From Candidatus Bipolaricaulota bacterium (GTDB taxonomy: Bacteria; Bipolaricaulota; Bipolaricaulia; M55B111), in contig JAGYME010000004.1 of NCBI GenBank assembly GCA_018400715.1, positions 11,468 through 75,467 of the forward strand: 64,000 nucleotides of DNA, read 5' to 3'. Under the pieces are notes generated by a model. It saw only the letters and a list, made by a program, of their open reading frames with translations. It was not told the DNA's origin and ran no database searches. The first letter of the stretch is position 1, and the number at the start of each line of letters is the position of its first letter. Of this stretch, positions 21,891-32,003 are shown piece by piece. The translations under genes and the position numbers were made by a program.

Positions 21891-23090
21891 TTATATGGCG
21901 TTGACGAGGTCTTCTTTCCTGAAGCATTCCTTCCGCTCGACAAGCTTCCTGGCCTGTTTCTTTTTACCCCAGACGCCGAGCAGGAGGACACCACGGACTT
22001 TTCCTTCCTCGGAGAGATAGTAGACTACGCCCTTCTTTCCCTCCTCTTTCCAGTCGATAAAGGTATCAAGATGGGAATCTACGTCTCCCAGGGCTTCGAA
22101 GCCAAAGTCAAACAGGTCGGAGTAAAAGTAAGGTATGTAGTCGTAAGGTTTCTCCGCCCCGGCCATGTTCTCTCCGGCCAACTTGCCCTGTTTAATTGCG
22201 TTATCCCAGTGTTCGACTCGGACGCAGTCCTCGAGGGCGGCATAAGGAAAATAGGCGTTGTCGCCAGCAGCGTAGACGTCCGGACAGGAAGTCTCCAGGT
22301 GTTCGTCTACTTCGATCCCTTCGAATACGTCGAACTCTCCCTCTTCACATAGATCCACCCCCGGTTTCATACCTATTCCGGCGATAACGAGGTCGCCCGT
22401 TACCGTCGATCCTTCTTCCGTGGTCAGAGAATACTCGTCTTCCGGTTTGGTTATTTTTTCGGGTAGTTCCTCGGAGTATATTTCTATCCCCCTCTCCCGG
22501 TAGTCGTCCTCCACGGCGCGTGATAACTCTTCGGGGAATACCTTCTCAAGAAGATGCTTATCGGGAAATACCATTGAGACATCGATGTGGTTTAGATTCA
22601 GCGCGGCCGCGATCTCGGAACCGATGAATCCTCCGCCAATGACAATTGCGCTTTCTCCCGACTCCATCTCGGCTCTAAGTCGTTTGTAGTCTTCGAGGTT
22701 GCGGTAATAGAGTATTCCTTCCAGGTCTCCACCCGCGACCTCCAGTCTCCTGGGGTGGCCCCCCGTCGCCAGGAGCAACTTCCCGTACTCGTAACTTTCT
22801 CCAGAATCGGATAGGGCCGTCTTTTCATCTGGGTGAACTTCCGTTATCTTACTTCCCAGTTTTGTTTCCACTCCTTGGTCCTCGTAAAAGTCCTCATCCT
22901 CGACGAATACGTCCTCCAGTTCCTTTCTCCCAATCAACAGCTCCTTGGATAAGGGAGGTCGGTTGTAAGGGAGGTAGTTTTCCTCGCTGACTAGGAGGAT
23001 TGAGCCTTCACTATCTCGATCTCTAACCCCTTTGACCCCTGACACTCCGGCCAGGCCTCCACCTACAATTACGTAATCAAAGTATTCCAT
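21891..23090 (-). CDS. FAD/NAD(P)H oxidoreductase, ferredoxin-reductase-like
   Basis: VGGGLAG, PYNRPPLSK, LLLATG, IGGGFIGSE, YAAGD, RVEHWDNA, PYFYSD. Confidence 0.9.
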   Translation of the reverse strand: MEYFDYVIVGGGLAGVSGVKGVRDRDSEGSILLVSEENYLPYNRPPLSKELLIGRKELEDVFVEDEDFYEDQGVETKLGSKITEVHPDEKTALSDSGESYEYGKLLLATGGHPRRLEVAGGDLEGILYYRNLEDYKRLRAEMESGESAIVIGGGFIGSEIAAALNLNHIDVSMVFPDKHLLEKVFPEELSRAVEDDYRERGIEIYSEELPEKITKPEDEYSLTTEEGSTVTGDLVIAGIGMKPGVDLCEEGEFDVFEGIEVDEHLETSCPDVYAAGDNAYFPYAALEDCVRVEHWDNAIKQGKLAGENMAGAEKPYDYIPYFYSDLFDFGFEALGDVDSHLDTFIDWKEEGKKGVVYYLSEEGKVRGVLLLGVWGKKKQARKLVERKECFRKEDLVNAI

Positions 23091-23231
23091 CTTGCACCTC
23101 CTTTTTGGTGCAGATCAAGGGACGTGATGTCAACTTATCGTGGGAACAATCCCTGAAATACCGGCCAATCACCGGGGAATCATCCCATCGTACCTATTTT
23201 ACGTGATATAATCTCTTATCGTAAACCTTTG

Positions 23232-24044
23232 CTAGCCCAGGGCTACGTCGAGAGTCATCATTATCGTAAAACCCAACATCGCTCCCATCGTCGCTATATC
23301 GGCGTTTTTATTTAGCTGCGCTTCGGGGATAAGTTCCTCGATCACGACGAATATCATGGCCCCGGCCGCGAAGGCTAGTGCGTAGGGAAGGAGAGGCCTA
23401 ACGACTATGACGGCCAGTGCTCCCAGGACGCCGGAGATGGGCTCCACGAACCCGGAAAGCTGTCCGTACCAGAAACTCTTCCGCCGGCTGAAGTTTTCCC
23501 TGCGTAAAGGGACGGATACCGAAGTCCCCTCGGGGAAGTTCTGTATTCCAATGCCTAGCGCCAGGGCAACGGCCCCACCCAGCGATGCTGACGGCAGGTC
23601 GGTGGCAAGAGCTCCGAAGGCAACGCCGACTGCAAGTCCCTCGGGAATGTTGTGGATGGTTATCGCCAATATTAACAGGACGCTCCTATGGAGGCTTGTC
23701 TTTACACCTTCCGCCTCGTCCATGGAAAATCCCAGGTGCAGATGGGGAAGATATCGGTCAATCAGTCTGAGGAAAGCCCCTCCGAGGAGAAAGCCAGCTG
23801 CTGCTGGAAGCCAGGATGGCAGGAAAGAGTCGGAAGCCATCTCAATGGCGGGGGCAAGCAAGGACCAGTAACTTGCGGCAATCATGACGCCGGCGGCAAA
23901 CCCCAGCATGAGGTCGAGGACCTTCTGGTTTACCGACTTAAAAAAGAACACGAGACCAGCCCCGGCAGCGGTTAGGCCCCAGGTAAAGATTGTGGCGAGC
24001 AGGGCCTGTATTATTGGGTTAAGGTCTTTAAACCAACCGATCAT
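23232..24044 (-). CDS. ZIP (GufA/ZupT) metal transporter
   Basis: [36 protein letters not shown]. Confidence 0.93.
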   Translation of the reverse strand: MIGWFKDLNPIIQALLATIFTWGLTAAGAGLVFFFKSVNQKVLDLMLGFAAGVMIAASYWSLLAPAIEMASDSFLPSWLPAAAGFLLGGAFLRLIDRYLPHLHLGFSMDEAEGVKTSLHRSVLLILAITIHNIPEGLAVGVAFGALATDLPSASLGGAVALALGIGIQNFPEGTSVSVPLRRENFSRRKSFWYGQLSGFVEPISGVLGALAVIVVRPLLPYALAFAAGAMIFVVIEELIPEAQLNKNADIATMGAMLGFTIMMTLDVALG

Positions 24045-24856
24045 GTTCTTACCTCCGTGAGCGTTCTAATTACCTCCTTCCTGATACGGGGTTCATCTGT
24101 CCCCAGGCCAACTATCCCTTCCGCCATTCTCCTGCTCTCAAGGTCGTAGGTCGGGCGTTTTCCGGTGGTGTCGTAAACGCCTCCTCCCGCCTCCTCCAAA
24201 ATTATCTGCGGAGCACAGGTATCCCAGATCCCCAGGCGATCCGTCGTGTAATAGGTTAGGTCGGCAGCCCCTTCGGCAATTGAGGAGAACTTGACTCCCA
24301 GGCTACCCATCCGCGTGACCCCCGCGACGTCGAGGAGTTCCGAAATCTTCCTGTCCGCATCGCTGAAATGGTTACGACTCGCAATTAACCTGAAGCGATT
24401 TAGCCTGCCCTTGCCGTTTACCTCGATTTTCCTCCTTTTTTCCCCTTTATCGATGACGTACGCACCTTCGTCTTTTGCCCCGTACCAGAGCTTTTCACCC
24501 ACCGGCGCGTAAACAACTCCAAAGACGGGTTCTCCACGATGGAGGAGGCCGACCATAATCGAAAACTCACCTGTCTTATCGATGAAGTCCTGCGTGCCAT
24601 CAAGGGGATCGACAATCCAGATTCCTTCGGATCCGTCCTGGTTAACGCTCCCTCTCTCCTCGGCAAATATCCCGTATCCCGTCTCCGATAAGCCACTAAC
24701 TAGTATCTCCTCTGACTCTAAATCTGCCTCTGTGACGGGGCTACCTCCGGCCTTCTCCGATACGTCGTATTCCTTACGATAGAACTCCATCGTTTTCTCT
24801 CCTGCCTCTCTCGTTAGAGCTTTCACAAAATCCAGATGCTCCCGTGGATCTGTCAT
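24041..24856 (-). CDS. cysQ: 3'(2'),5'-bisphosphate nucleotidase
   Basis: [45 protein letters not shown]. Confidence 0.85.
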   Translation of the reverse strand: MTDPREHLDFVKALTREAGEKTMEFYRKEYDVSEKAGGSPVTEADLESEEILVSGLSETGYGIFAEERGSVNQDGSEGIWIVDPLDGTQDFIDKTGEFSIMVGLLHRGEPVFGVVYAPVGEKLWYGAKDEGAYVIDKGEKRRKIEVNGKGRLNRFRLIASRNHFSDADRKISELLDVAGVTRMGSLGVKFSSIAEGAADLTYYTTDRLGIWDTCAPQIILEEAGGGVYDTTGKRPTYDLESRRMAEGIVGLGTDEPRIRKEVIRTLTEVRT

Positions 24857-24870
24857 TTTTTCACCCTTAG

Positions 24871-24901
24871 TTGGTGTCTATTATGTTTGGTGTCTGTTAT
24901 G
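24871..24901. repeat. 15-bp direct repeat in the cysQ-ZIP leader
   Basis: TTGGTGTCTATTATG-T-TTGGTGTCTGTTATG, 14/15 identical. Confidence 0.75.
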
Positions 24902-24924
24902 GTTAAACTCATCCATTCATTTAC

Positions 24925-24952
24925 ATTATAAGGGGTTTTCGCCCACGTACAA
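24925..24952 (-). promoter_or_regulatory. Putative promoter of the cysQ-ZIP operon
   Basis: Minus strand TTGTAC-N16-TATAAT. Confidence 0.5.
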
Positions 24953-25130
24953 TTTTTTCTCCGCTGGAAGACCGAATTGTTTGGAAAAGGTCTCGAGTCC
25001 TCCTAGTAATCGAACTATTTGCGGTTGGTCCCGGCGACGCGGAGACAAAACTGAATCTACTGGACGTAGCAAAGCTTGATGGTGCCTTTCGGCGAAATGG
25101 AATTGGCTTCTTACCGGGGTTTTTATTTTC

Positions 25131-25158
25131 TTGACAAGGTCATGTGTATCCGTATAAT
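25131..25158 (+). promoter_or_regulatory. Promoter of the Mrp-Mbx operon
   Basis: Consensus TTGACA-N16-TATAAT. Confidence 0.75.
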
Positions 25159-25266
25159 GATTGTGAAAAAGATCATATGCACGTAATCGAAACGTTAGGC
25201 TGGCCCTGAACCCTGAATACGAGTACTGGTCGGGCAAAAGGTTAAACTTTTTAAAGGGGCTGCTCT

Positions 25267-25764
25267 TTGAGCAAGGTTAAGAGTTTTTTCTACCTGTTTA
25301 GCGCCTTATTCCTGATATGGATCGGGTTCACGACTACTTTTCAACCTCAGGAATTGGGGCTTGGGCTTATCATTAGCCTATTTCTCTCGACAATTTTCTT
25401 TAAAACCTACGTAGGATTGGGTTTCCCTCCCCTTGGTATAAAACGTTTTCTCTTTGCCCTTATTTACATAATCGTTCTCTTCAAAGAGATAGTGAAGGCG
25501 AACCTGGACGTTGCCTACAGGGCTGTTCACCCCGAGGTGCCCATAAATCCCGGTATCGTCATAATTAACACTGACCTGGAAGGTGACGTTGCCAGGATGG
25601 TGCTGGCCAACTCAATTACGTTGACGCCGGGCACGTTTACCCTGGATGTAATCGGGGATCACCTGTTGATCCACTGGATAAATGTGGAAACGACTTCGAA
25701 GGAAGAGGCGACGGAACTGATAGGAAAGAGGTTCGAGAAGTACCTAAAAATAATTTTCGCCTAA
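25267..25764 (+). CDS. MnhE/MrpE-like subunit (MbxA)
   Basis: ANLDVAYR...PGI...LANSITLTPGT..LD..L.IHWI. Confidence 0.92.
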   Translation: MSKVKSFFYLFSALFLIWIGFTTTFQPQELGLGLIISLFLSTIFFKTYVGLGFPPLGIKRFLFALIYIIVLFKEIVKANLDVAYRAVHPEVPINPGIVIINTDLEGDVARMVLANSITLTPGTFTLDVIGDHLLIHWINVETTSKEEATELIGKRFEKYLKIIFA

Positions 25765-25775
25765 CAGGGGTAAAA

Positions 25776-26033
25776 GTGAACATAGTCACGATATCGTTTC
25801 TGTCGATAATATGTCTGGGGCTTTTCCTCTCCTTTATACGAATGTTGCGGGGGCCGACCCCTCCCGACAGGGCCGTTGCCGTCGATACGATGACGACAAT
25901 GATCGTTGCCACGCTCGTGTTAATCGGCTTCGTTCTTGAGAGGTACGTATATTTAGACGTCGCCCTCGTATACTCCCTCATCTCTTTTGTCGGCTTGGTG
26001 GCCCTGGCAAGGTTTTTGGAGAAGGGGTTTTAA
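25776..26033 (+). CDS. MnhF/MrpF-like subunit (MbxB)
   Basis: RGPTPPDRAVAVD..YLDVALVY. Confidence 0.92.
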   Translation: MNIVTISFLSIICLGLFLSFIRMLRGPTPPDRAVAVDTMTTMIVATLVLIGFVLERYVYLDVALVYSLISFVGLVALARFLEKGF

Positions 26034-26366
26034 ATGTATTATCTGGGGCTCGTAGTCACGGGGGTTGGCGTACTCTTTCTCTGTTTGGGCGGACTCGGGT
26101 TGTTTCGGTTTCCTGACGTCTACAACAGGGTGCAGGCCGGGACTAAGTGTACGACACTGGGGGCTTTTTGCACTATTTTAGGCGTAGGTATCACCCAGCC
26201 AGGTTGGTTCTGGAAGACGTTGATTATCGCTCTGTTTATTCTGGCGACCAACCCTATTTCCAGCCATTCGCTCGGACGGGCCGCGTACAAAAGTGGCACT
26301 GAATTGGCAGAAGAAAGCGTGGTGGATATGGCGGGCGAGTTTGACGATTACAGCGAGGAAGGGTGA
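26034..26366 (+). CDS. MnhG/MrpG-like subunit (MbxC)
   Basis: GLFRFPDVYNR..TK..TLG..TNP.SSH.LGRAAY. Confidence 0.92.
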   Translation: MYYLGLVVTGVGVLFLCLGGLGLFRFPDVYNRVQAGTKCTTLGAFCTILGVGITQPGWFWKTLIIALFILATNPISSHSLGRAAYKSGTELAEESVVDMAGEFDDYSEEG

Positions 26367-26370
26367 TCCC

Positions 26371-26610
26371 ATGATAATAATCGCTACCGTGACCGTATTC
26401 TTTATGCTGGGGGCGGCGGTGAGTATATTCTTCTTTAAGGACTTGATGAACGCCGTAGTAGCTTCGTCGCTGGTTAGCCTAACCGCCACCGTCCTGTTCT
26501 TTCTCCTCCAAGCTCCTGACGTGGCCATGGCAGAAGCGGCCATAGGTGTGGCACTTGTCACCGGGATATTTGTGATCGCAATTAGGAGGACGGAGAGGTT
26601 TGAAAAATGA
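26371..26610 (+). CDS. DUF4040/MrpA-C-terminal-like subunit (MbxD)
   Basis: LLQAPDVAMAEAAIG. Confidence 0.88.
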   Translation: MIIIATVTVFFMLGAAVSIFFFKDLMNAVVASSLVSLTATVLFFLLQAPDVAMAEAAIGVALVTGIFVIAIRRTERFEK

Positions 26611-27311
26611 GGGATATACTGAGTTTCCGTGGGTTTGTTGCGCTATTTTTGCTTGGGATTATCGTTGCGGGTATATCGTCCGCGGTAGGACAGATACCCT
26701 TCGGTCAGCCCGACAGCGAAGTGGGGCAGCTGTACCTTGAGAACGGACTCCAGGATACAGGAGCCCCGAACCTCGTTACGTCGGTAGTGGCTGGTTATAG
26801 AGCCCTCGATACGCTAGGAGAGGTCGTGGTCCTTTTCGTTGCTGCTACCGGGCTTTCGGCGGTACTCGCCACCAGCAAAAGAAGGGTAGAGAGAGAACTA
26901 GAGGACGCAAGTCTCGTTTTAAAAACGGGATGTCGAATCTTTTTCCCCTTGATTCTGTTATTCGGTGCCTACCTGTTTATTCACGGCCATCTCACGCCCG
27001 GAGGAGGTTTCCAGGGTGGGGCGGTTATCGGTTCAGCCTTTTTACTGGTATATCTTGGCTGTAGCGGTAGAAGGGTGTCAGCGGACGCTGCCGGCGCTAT
27101 CGAATCCTTGAGTGGATTTGGGTTCGTCTTTCTTGGACTTCTCGGTCTGTTAGTTGGTGGAAGTTACTTCCTGTCAAATTTCCTCCCGAAGGGCGACCTA
27201 TACGAACTGATCAGCGCTGGAATTTTTCCGCTGATTTACATCCTGATCGGGCTCAAGGTCGGGTCAGAGTTTGCTGGGATTGTCGACAGCATGATCGAGG
27301 AGAGTAAATGA
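26607..27311 (+). CDS. MnhB-like subunit (MbxE/F fusion)
   Basis: NLVTSVVAGYRALDTLGE and HGHLTPGGGFQGG. Confidence 0.9.
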   Translation: MRDILSFRGFVALFLLGIIVAGISSAVGQIPFGQPDSEVGQLYLENGLQDTGAPNLVTSVVAGYRALDTLGEVVVLFVAATGLSAVLATSKRRVERELEDASLVLKTGCRIFFPLILLFGAYLFIHGHLTPGGGFQGGAVIGSAFLLVYLGCSGRRVSADAAGAIESLSGFGFVFLGLLGLLVGGSYFLSNFLPKGDLYELISAGIFPLIYILIGLKVGSEFAGIVDSMIEESK

Positions 27312-27670
27312 TCTTCCTATCTGAGTACATTTACTATATCGGGGCGATCGGCCTAATCTTTATCGGCCTGCTCATTGTCCTGGTAAAACGGAACCTGATA
27401 AAGGTCGTCATTGGGATTAACGTTCTCGATACCGGAGTGAACCTGTTTTTGATTTCGTCCGGCTATCTAAAAGGTGGTACGGCACCGATTTACTCCCCAG
27501 GGTCCGACGCCGCTCCGTCCACGATGGTCGATCCGGTGCCCCAGGCCCTCGTCCTCACGGCCATAGTTATCGGAGCCAGCGTCCTTGCTCTAGCCCTGTC
27601 ACTAGGGATAAAGCTCTACGACCATTACGAAACGCTTGATCTAGAGGAAATAAGGGGGCAGAGATGGTAA
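27308..27670 (+). CDS. MnhC/MrpC-like subunit (MbxG)
   Basis: NLIK..G.NLF..DPVPQALVLTAIVIG. Confidence 0.92.
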   Translation: MIFLSEYIYYIGAIGLIFIGLLIVLVKRNLIKVVIGINVLDTGVNLFLISSGYLKGGTAPIYSPGSDAAPSTMVDPVPQALVLTAIVIGASVLALALSLGIKLYDHYETLDLEEIRGQRW

Positions 27671-29142
27671 ACCCGGCCCTGTTGTTGGCGGTCCCGCTCG
27701 CGCTCGCTTTTTTAATCCCTCTCGTCCGCTTGGTGGCCAGGGGAGTAGTCAAGTGGATCCCCGTCTTCGCCATGGCGTTCAACTTCATAGCGTCCGTCCT
27801 TATCATACCGCGTGCCCTCGAAGAAGCGATAGTTACGGAGATTGGTGGTTTTCCAGCACCCTTCTGTATAAACCTCGTTGCGGGGCCGCTGGGCTCAATC
27901 CTATCTTCTTTTATCGCCCTGATTGGCTTGCTCGTGGCGATATATTCGTTTGACTACCTGAGGGAGGTCCCGACGGCCAAGTACTATACGATGTACCTCC
28001 TACTTTTGACCGGCGCGACAGGAATTGTCCTCACGGGAGATATTTTTAATCTGTTTGTCTTTTTCGAGATCCTCTGTATATCCTCCTACTCTTTAGTTGC
28101 CTACCAGGGGAATAAAGCCGGGATTGAGGCCTCGGTCAAGTACCTGGTCCAGGGCTCGATTGGATCCAGCCTGCTTCTTCTAGGAATTGGCCTAATCTAC
28201 GGTCAGTACGGGACGCTCAATATGGGAGACCTTGCGGGTAAAATTGAAGGAATCAGTTCCCCATCGGCCTTTGTCCCCCTGGTATTGATGATTACCGGCC
28301 TTGGTGTAGAAGCCGCAATATTTCCGTTGAACGCGTGGCTGCCCGATGCTCACTCGTCCGCACCTTCGTCGATCAGTGCCGTGCTGTCAGGCGTTGCTAT
28401 TGGTGTTGGCCTCTATTCGATAGCTAGAATCCTTTTTACCGTTTTTGGCGGGACGGCCCTCCTCGAAACGCTTGCCGTAATCGGACTATTGACGCTGCTT
28501 GTGGGAGAATTATCCGCACTTAGCCAGGACGATGTCAAAAGGTTGCTGGCGTATTCCAGCATCGGTCAAATGGGGCTTATCGCCTTTGGGCTTGGCCTTG
28601 CGACTGGCGAGGGAGTGACAGGTGGTTTATTCCAACTGCTATCTCACGGTTTGTCCAAGGCCCTGTTGTTTCTATCCGTCGGATACATGATCTACCGGTC
28701 CGGTTCGAAGAAGATTTCGGACCTGCAGGGCTCGTGGAAGAGGACGCCGGTGGCGTCTCTCGGGTTTGCGGTTGGGGCGTTCTCCCTGGTAGGCCTTCCG
28801 CCGTTTATTGGGTTCCCTGGAAAGTTCTTGATAGTCCGCTCCGCCCTCCTCAAAGGGGAGTTGTTTTACACGGTATTGGTTGCATTTGTTTTATTTGCCA
28901 CGGTCGTGGAAGGTGGGTACTTCTTCAGGGTTGTCCAAATTATCTTCTTCAAAGGAACTGGAGGGAGACGGCTGAAGAGGGAGGTCGCTCCGGTCTCGGG
29001 GCTGATCCCTCTGGTTGTGTTAATGCTTTTGATCTTGATTGTCGGCGTATATCCCGGCCTGATTACTGGTTTAATTGATTCCGCGGCAGCTGAGCTTACC
29101 GCCCGGTCGAGTTACTTCACCCTTGTCATGGGGTCTACCTGA
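27664..29142 (+). CDS. MnhD/MrpD antiporter-like subunit (MbxH)
   Basis: TGDIFNLFVFFEI, KY, PLNAWLPDAHSSAP, KRLLAYSS, GLPPFIGFPGK. Confidence 0.92.
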   Translation: MVNPALLLAVPLALAFLIPLVRLVARGVVKWIPVFAMAFNFIASVLIIPRALEEAIVTEIGGFPAPFCINLVAGPLGSILSSFIALIGLLVAIYSFDYLREVPTAKYYTMYLLLLTGATGIVLTGDIFNLFVFFEILCISSYSLVAYQGNKAGIEASVKYLVQGSIGSSLLLLGIGLIYGQYGTLNMGDLAGKIEGISSPSAFVPLVLMITGLGVEAAIFPLNAWLPDAHSSAPSSISAVLSGVAIGVGLYSIARILFTVFGGTALLETLAVIGLLTLLVGELSALSQDDVKRLLAYSSIGQMGLIAFGLGLATGEGVTGGLFQLLSHGLSKALLFLSVGYMIYRSGSKKISDLQGSWKRTPVASLGFAVGAFSLVGLPPFIGFPGKFLIVRSALLKGELFYTVLVAFVLFATVVEGGYFFRVVQIIFFKGTGGRRLKREVAPVSGLIPLVVLMLLILIVGVYPGLITGLIDSAAAELTARSSYFTLVMGST

Positions 29143-29190
29143 TGGCTCCCGGCGGGTGGAGGGGAGGTTAACGATGGAGGAAAGAAAGTC

Positions 29191-31044
29191 ATGTTAGAAG
29201 CGATATTGGTCGTCGCCTTTGGCGGCGCCCTCGTCTCCTATTTCCTGGGACGGTGGACATCTAGAATAAGAGATTATTTTGCCCTTGGCGTCTGGATAGC
29301 TATCCTGGGGATGACCTCTTATCTCCATCAAATTGAGCCGAAAATTAGTACCTTCTATCCCGGATTCCTCGGATACGACTTAAGTCTTCGGATTACGTCG
29401 TTGTCCTGGTTGTTCGCAGTCACGGTCGCTGCGGTGAGCGTTCTGGTTATTATATACTCATTCCGCTATATCAAGGGCCACGAAAAGAGAAACCTTTTCT
29501 ATTTCCTCCTCCTGCTTGTTAACGGAGGAATGATGGGTATCACCCTGAGTGGTGACCTGCTCTCGTTCTACATATTCTGGGAGATCGCCTCGTGGAGTAC
29601 CTTTCTGTTGATATCGTTTAACAGAGGAAAGGCACTTCCCGCAGGCCTGCGATACGTAGTGATGTCGGTAATTGGTTCTGCTGCTATGCTGGTTGCGACT
29701 CTATCTCTCTACAGCAGTTACGGTACCCTCGCGCTATCCGATTTATCTACCCACCTTGCGACGGCCGGTGGGGGGTACGTAATATTTATTTTTCTCCTGT
29801 TCTTCGTAAGTTTTGGGGTCAAGAACGCAATCGTCCCGTTTCACACGTGGCTCCCCCCGGCGCACTCCGAGGCGCCGGCACCTTTTTCGGCCGTTCTGTC
29901 CGGCCTGTTGGTCAAGATGGGGACATATGGACTCATCTTAATATTCTATCTCATAGCTGGGATGAAGATATTTCTGGGTCTGGGGACGGGAATATGGAGT
30001 TTTCACTACATAATTTCCGCGCTAGCGGGGGTTACGATCGTGGTGCCAAGTTTCATAGCGGTACTGCAGGACGACGCGAAGAAGACCCTCGCCTGGTCAA
30101 CTGTAGGGCAGGCAGGATATATCGTGTTGGGTGTCTCCTTCGGGACGGGACTTGCTCTGGCCGCGGGTATCTTCCATTTTTTAAATCACGCGATGTTCAA
30201 ATCGCTGTTGTTCATGTCGATCGGTACGGTTGAGAGGAAGACATCTACTCGAGACCTCAACGAACTGGGCGGGCTGGTCAAGAGGACCCCCGTACTGTTT
30301 GTCGTTACACTCGTTGGGGCAGCGGGGTTAATTGGTATTCCCCTGACAAACGGTTTCTTTTCCAAGTGGATGCTGTATAAGACGTTGATTTTGGAGGGAA
30401 ATCCGTTTTTGGCCTTCGCTGCCCTGGTCGGTACCTGGGGGACTGTTCTCTACTCGTATAGGTTGATCCACAACGTCTTTTTCGGTCAGTTACCGGAAAA
30501 ATACAGGGACGTTACGCGGACGTCCTTTAGCACTTACCTTCCCATGGTTATCCTGTCGATAGCAATCGTATTCTTCGGGGTCTTCCCCGGTTTCCTCCTC
30601 GGCGAGATTAACGTCGTCACTACTTCTCTGGGGTTTACTCCTTTGGACGTCCAGCTGTGGGGAATATCCTCTGATAGCGGGACCGTAAATACGTTGAATA
30701 TCCTTGCTGCTTTAGCAGTAGTTGGTGTGATGGTCTGGTATCTGTTCCGGTCATCAGCCGAGACCACGGAGGTCTCCCAGGAGGACAGTTATACTGCCGG
30801 GGCTCCCGTTCCTCAGGGCAGGTTTACGTACACGGCCGATTTTTACCGACCGCTGGAAAAGATCATTCGTCCTTACCTGAAGGACAGAATCGAGGACTTC
30901 TACGGGATGCTGGTGGGTTTCGTTGGAGTTCTCTCTGATACCGTTAGGAGAATCTATACGGGTTACGTGGGAACCTACGTCGCCTACATTTTGGCGTTGT
31001 TGGCCGCGGTTCTATTGGTTCAGTTGGGGTGGAAACCATGGTAG
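29191..31044 (+). CDS. Second antiporter-like subunit (MbxH', NuoL/M-like)
   Basis: DLLSFYIFWE, PFHTWLPPAHSEAP, KKTLAWST, HAMFKSLLF, GIPLTNGFFSKW. Confidence 0.9.
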   Translation: MLEAILVVAFGGALVSYFLGRWTSRIRDYFALGVWIAILGMTSYLHQIEPKISTFYPGFLGYDLSLRITSLSWLFAVTVAAVSVLVIIYSFRYIKGHEKRNLFYFLLLLVNGGMMGITLSGDLLSFYIFWEIASWSTFLLISFNRGKALPAGLRYVVMSVIGSAAMLVATLSLYSSYGTLALSDLSTHLATAGGGYVIFIFLLFFVSFGVKNAIVPFHTWLPPAHSEAPAPFSAVLSGLLVKMGTYGLILIFYLIAGMKIFLGLGTGIWSFHYIISALAGVTIVVPSFIAVLQDDAKKTLAWSTVGQAGYIVLGVSFGTGLALAAGIFHFLNHAMFKSLLFMSIGTVERKTSTRDLNELGGLVKRTPVLFVVTLVGAAGLIGIPLTNGFFSKWMLYKTLILEGNPFLAFAALVGTWGTVLYSYRLIHNVFFGQLPEKYRDVTRTSFSTYLPMVILSIAIVFFGVFPGFLLGEINVVTTSLGFTPLDVQLWGISSDSGTVNTLNILAALAVVGVMVWYLFRSSAETTEVSQEDSYTAGAPVPQGRFTYTADFYRPLEKIIRPYLKDRIEDFYGMLVGFVGVLSDTVRRIYTGYVGTYVAYILALLAAVLLVQLGWKPW

Positions 31045-31979
31045 GGATGAAGATAGCGGGAATAATCTTTTCTCCGATTATCGGGGTTATTACCGGCTTA
31101 TTGCTAACCGGGGCGGCGAGGAAGATGGTTGCCAGGGTTGAATGGCGCTACGGACCGCCCATTCTTCAACCGGTCATAGACCTTATAAAGCTGTTCTTTC
31201 AGCGGCCACCTTCCCACGGGAAGACCTTCGACTACGGACTAATCGCCTCCCTCGCTGGCTCCATTGTGCTTGTCCTGTTCTTGCCCGTTGGCCGTCTCTG
31301 TCCCTTAAGTGAAGGAGGAGGGTTGTTGCTTATCACCTACCTTATCCTGATAGGTCCGCTTGGTATGGCTCTTTCCGGTGGGGAGGGGGCAAACCCGTAC
31401 GTCAGCATAGGGATTTCCCGGAAACTAATTCTCAGTTTGGGTTACGAGGTTACGCTCCTTCTGATCCTCCTGTCAGTTATGTCGGAGTACGACACGATAT
31501 CGATATTTAACGTGGTCAGGGCCCAAAGCGAGAACGGCTGGTCACTCTTCTCCTGGCCCCTGGTTATTCCCGGCCTCGCCTATCTCCTTATTTTGCCCGC
31601 GATCCTCGGGGTTAAGCCATTTGACGTGGCCTCTGCCCCTCAGGAGATATCTTCGGGACCGCACGTGGAATACGGGGGTAAGTACCTCGCGCTGAGTAAG
31701 CTCGAGGGTGGTCTTTCCGAATTTATCGGAATTGCTCTCTTTGTAAACCTGTTTCTTGGCGGTTGGAGCATCCCCGGGAGTCTTCACCTTCCTGCTGGGG
31801 TGCTCGGCGTCTTTTTGGGCGTTCTCGTATTTTTAGCCAAAGTTGCCTTCGTCTTTTCCCTTAACGTGACCGTCAGCGCGTCCTTTCCGAGGCTGAGGGT
31901 AGAACAGGCGGTTAAGTATTTATGGAGTTGGCCTGCGTTTATCGGGCTTGTCGGTCTGATAATCGTCTCGGCCCTGTGA
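31038..31979 (+). CDS. NuoH-like subunit (MbxM)
   Basis: RYGPPILQP..D.IKL, PFDV..A.QEI..G..VEY.G, FPRLR.EQ. Confidence 0.92.
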   Translation: MVGMKIAGIIFSPIIGVITGLLLTGAARKMVARVEWRYGPPILQPVIDLIKLFFQRPPSHGKTFDYGLIASLAGSIVLVLFLPVGRLCPLSEGGGLLLITYLILIGPLGMALSGGEGANPYVSIGISRKLILSLGYEVTLLLILLSVMSEYDTISIFNVVRAQSENGWSLFSWPLVIPGLAYLLILPAILGVKPFDVASAPQEISSGPHVEYGGKYLALSKLEGGLSEFIGIALFVNLFLGGWSIPGSLHLPAGVLGVFLGVLVFLAKVAFVFSLNVTVSASFPRLRVEQAVKYLWSWPAFIGLVGLIIVSAL

Positions 31980-32003
31980 GTATCATTCCGGGAGGGATAT
32001 CGT

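Noticed and set aside
24926-25237. 103-aa ORF in the divergent intergenic region
   Set aside because: Spans both putative promoters; atypical composition; no recognisable family
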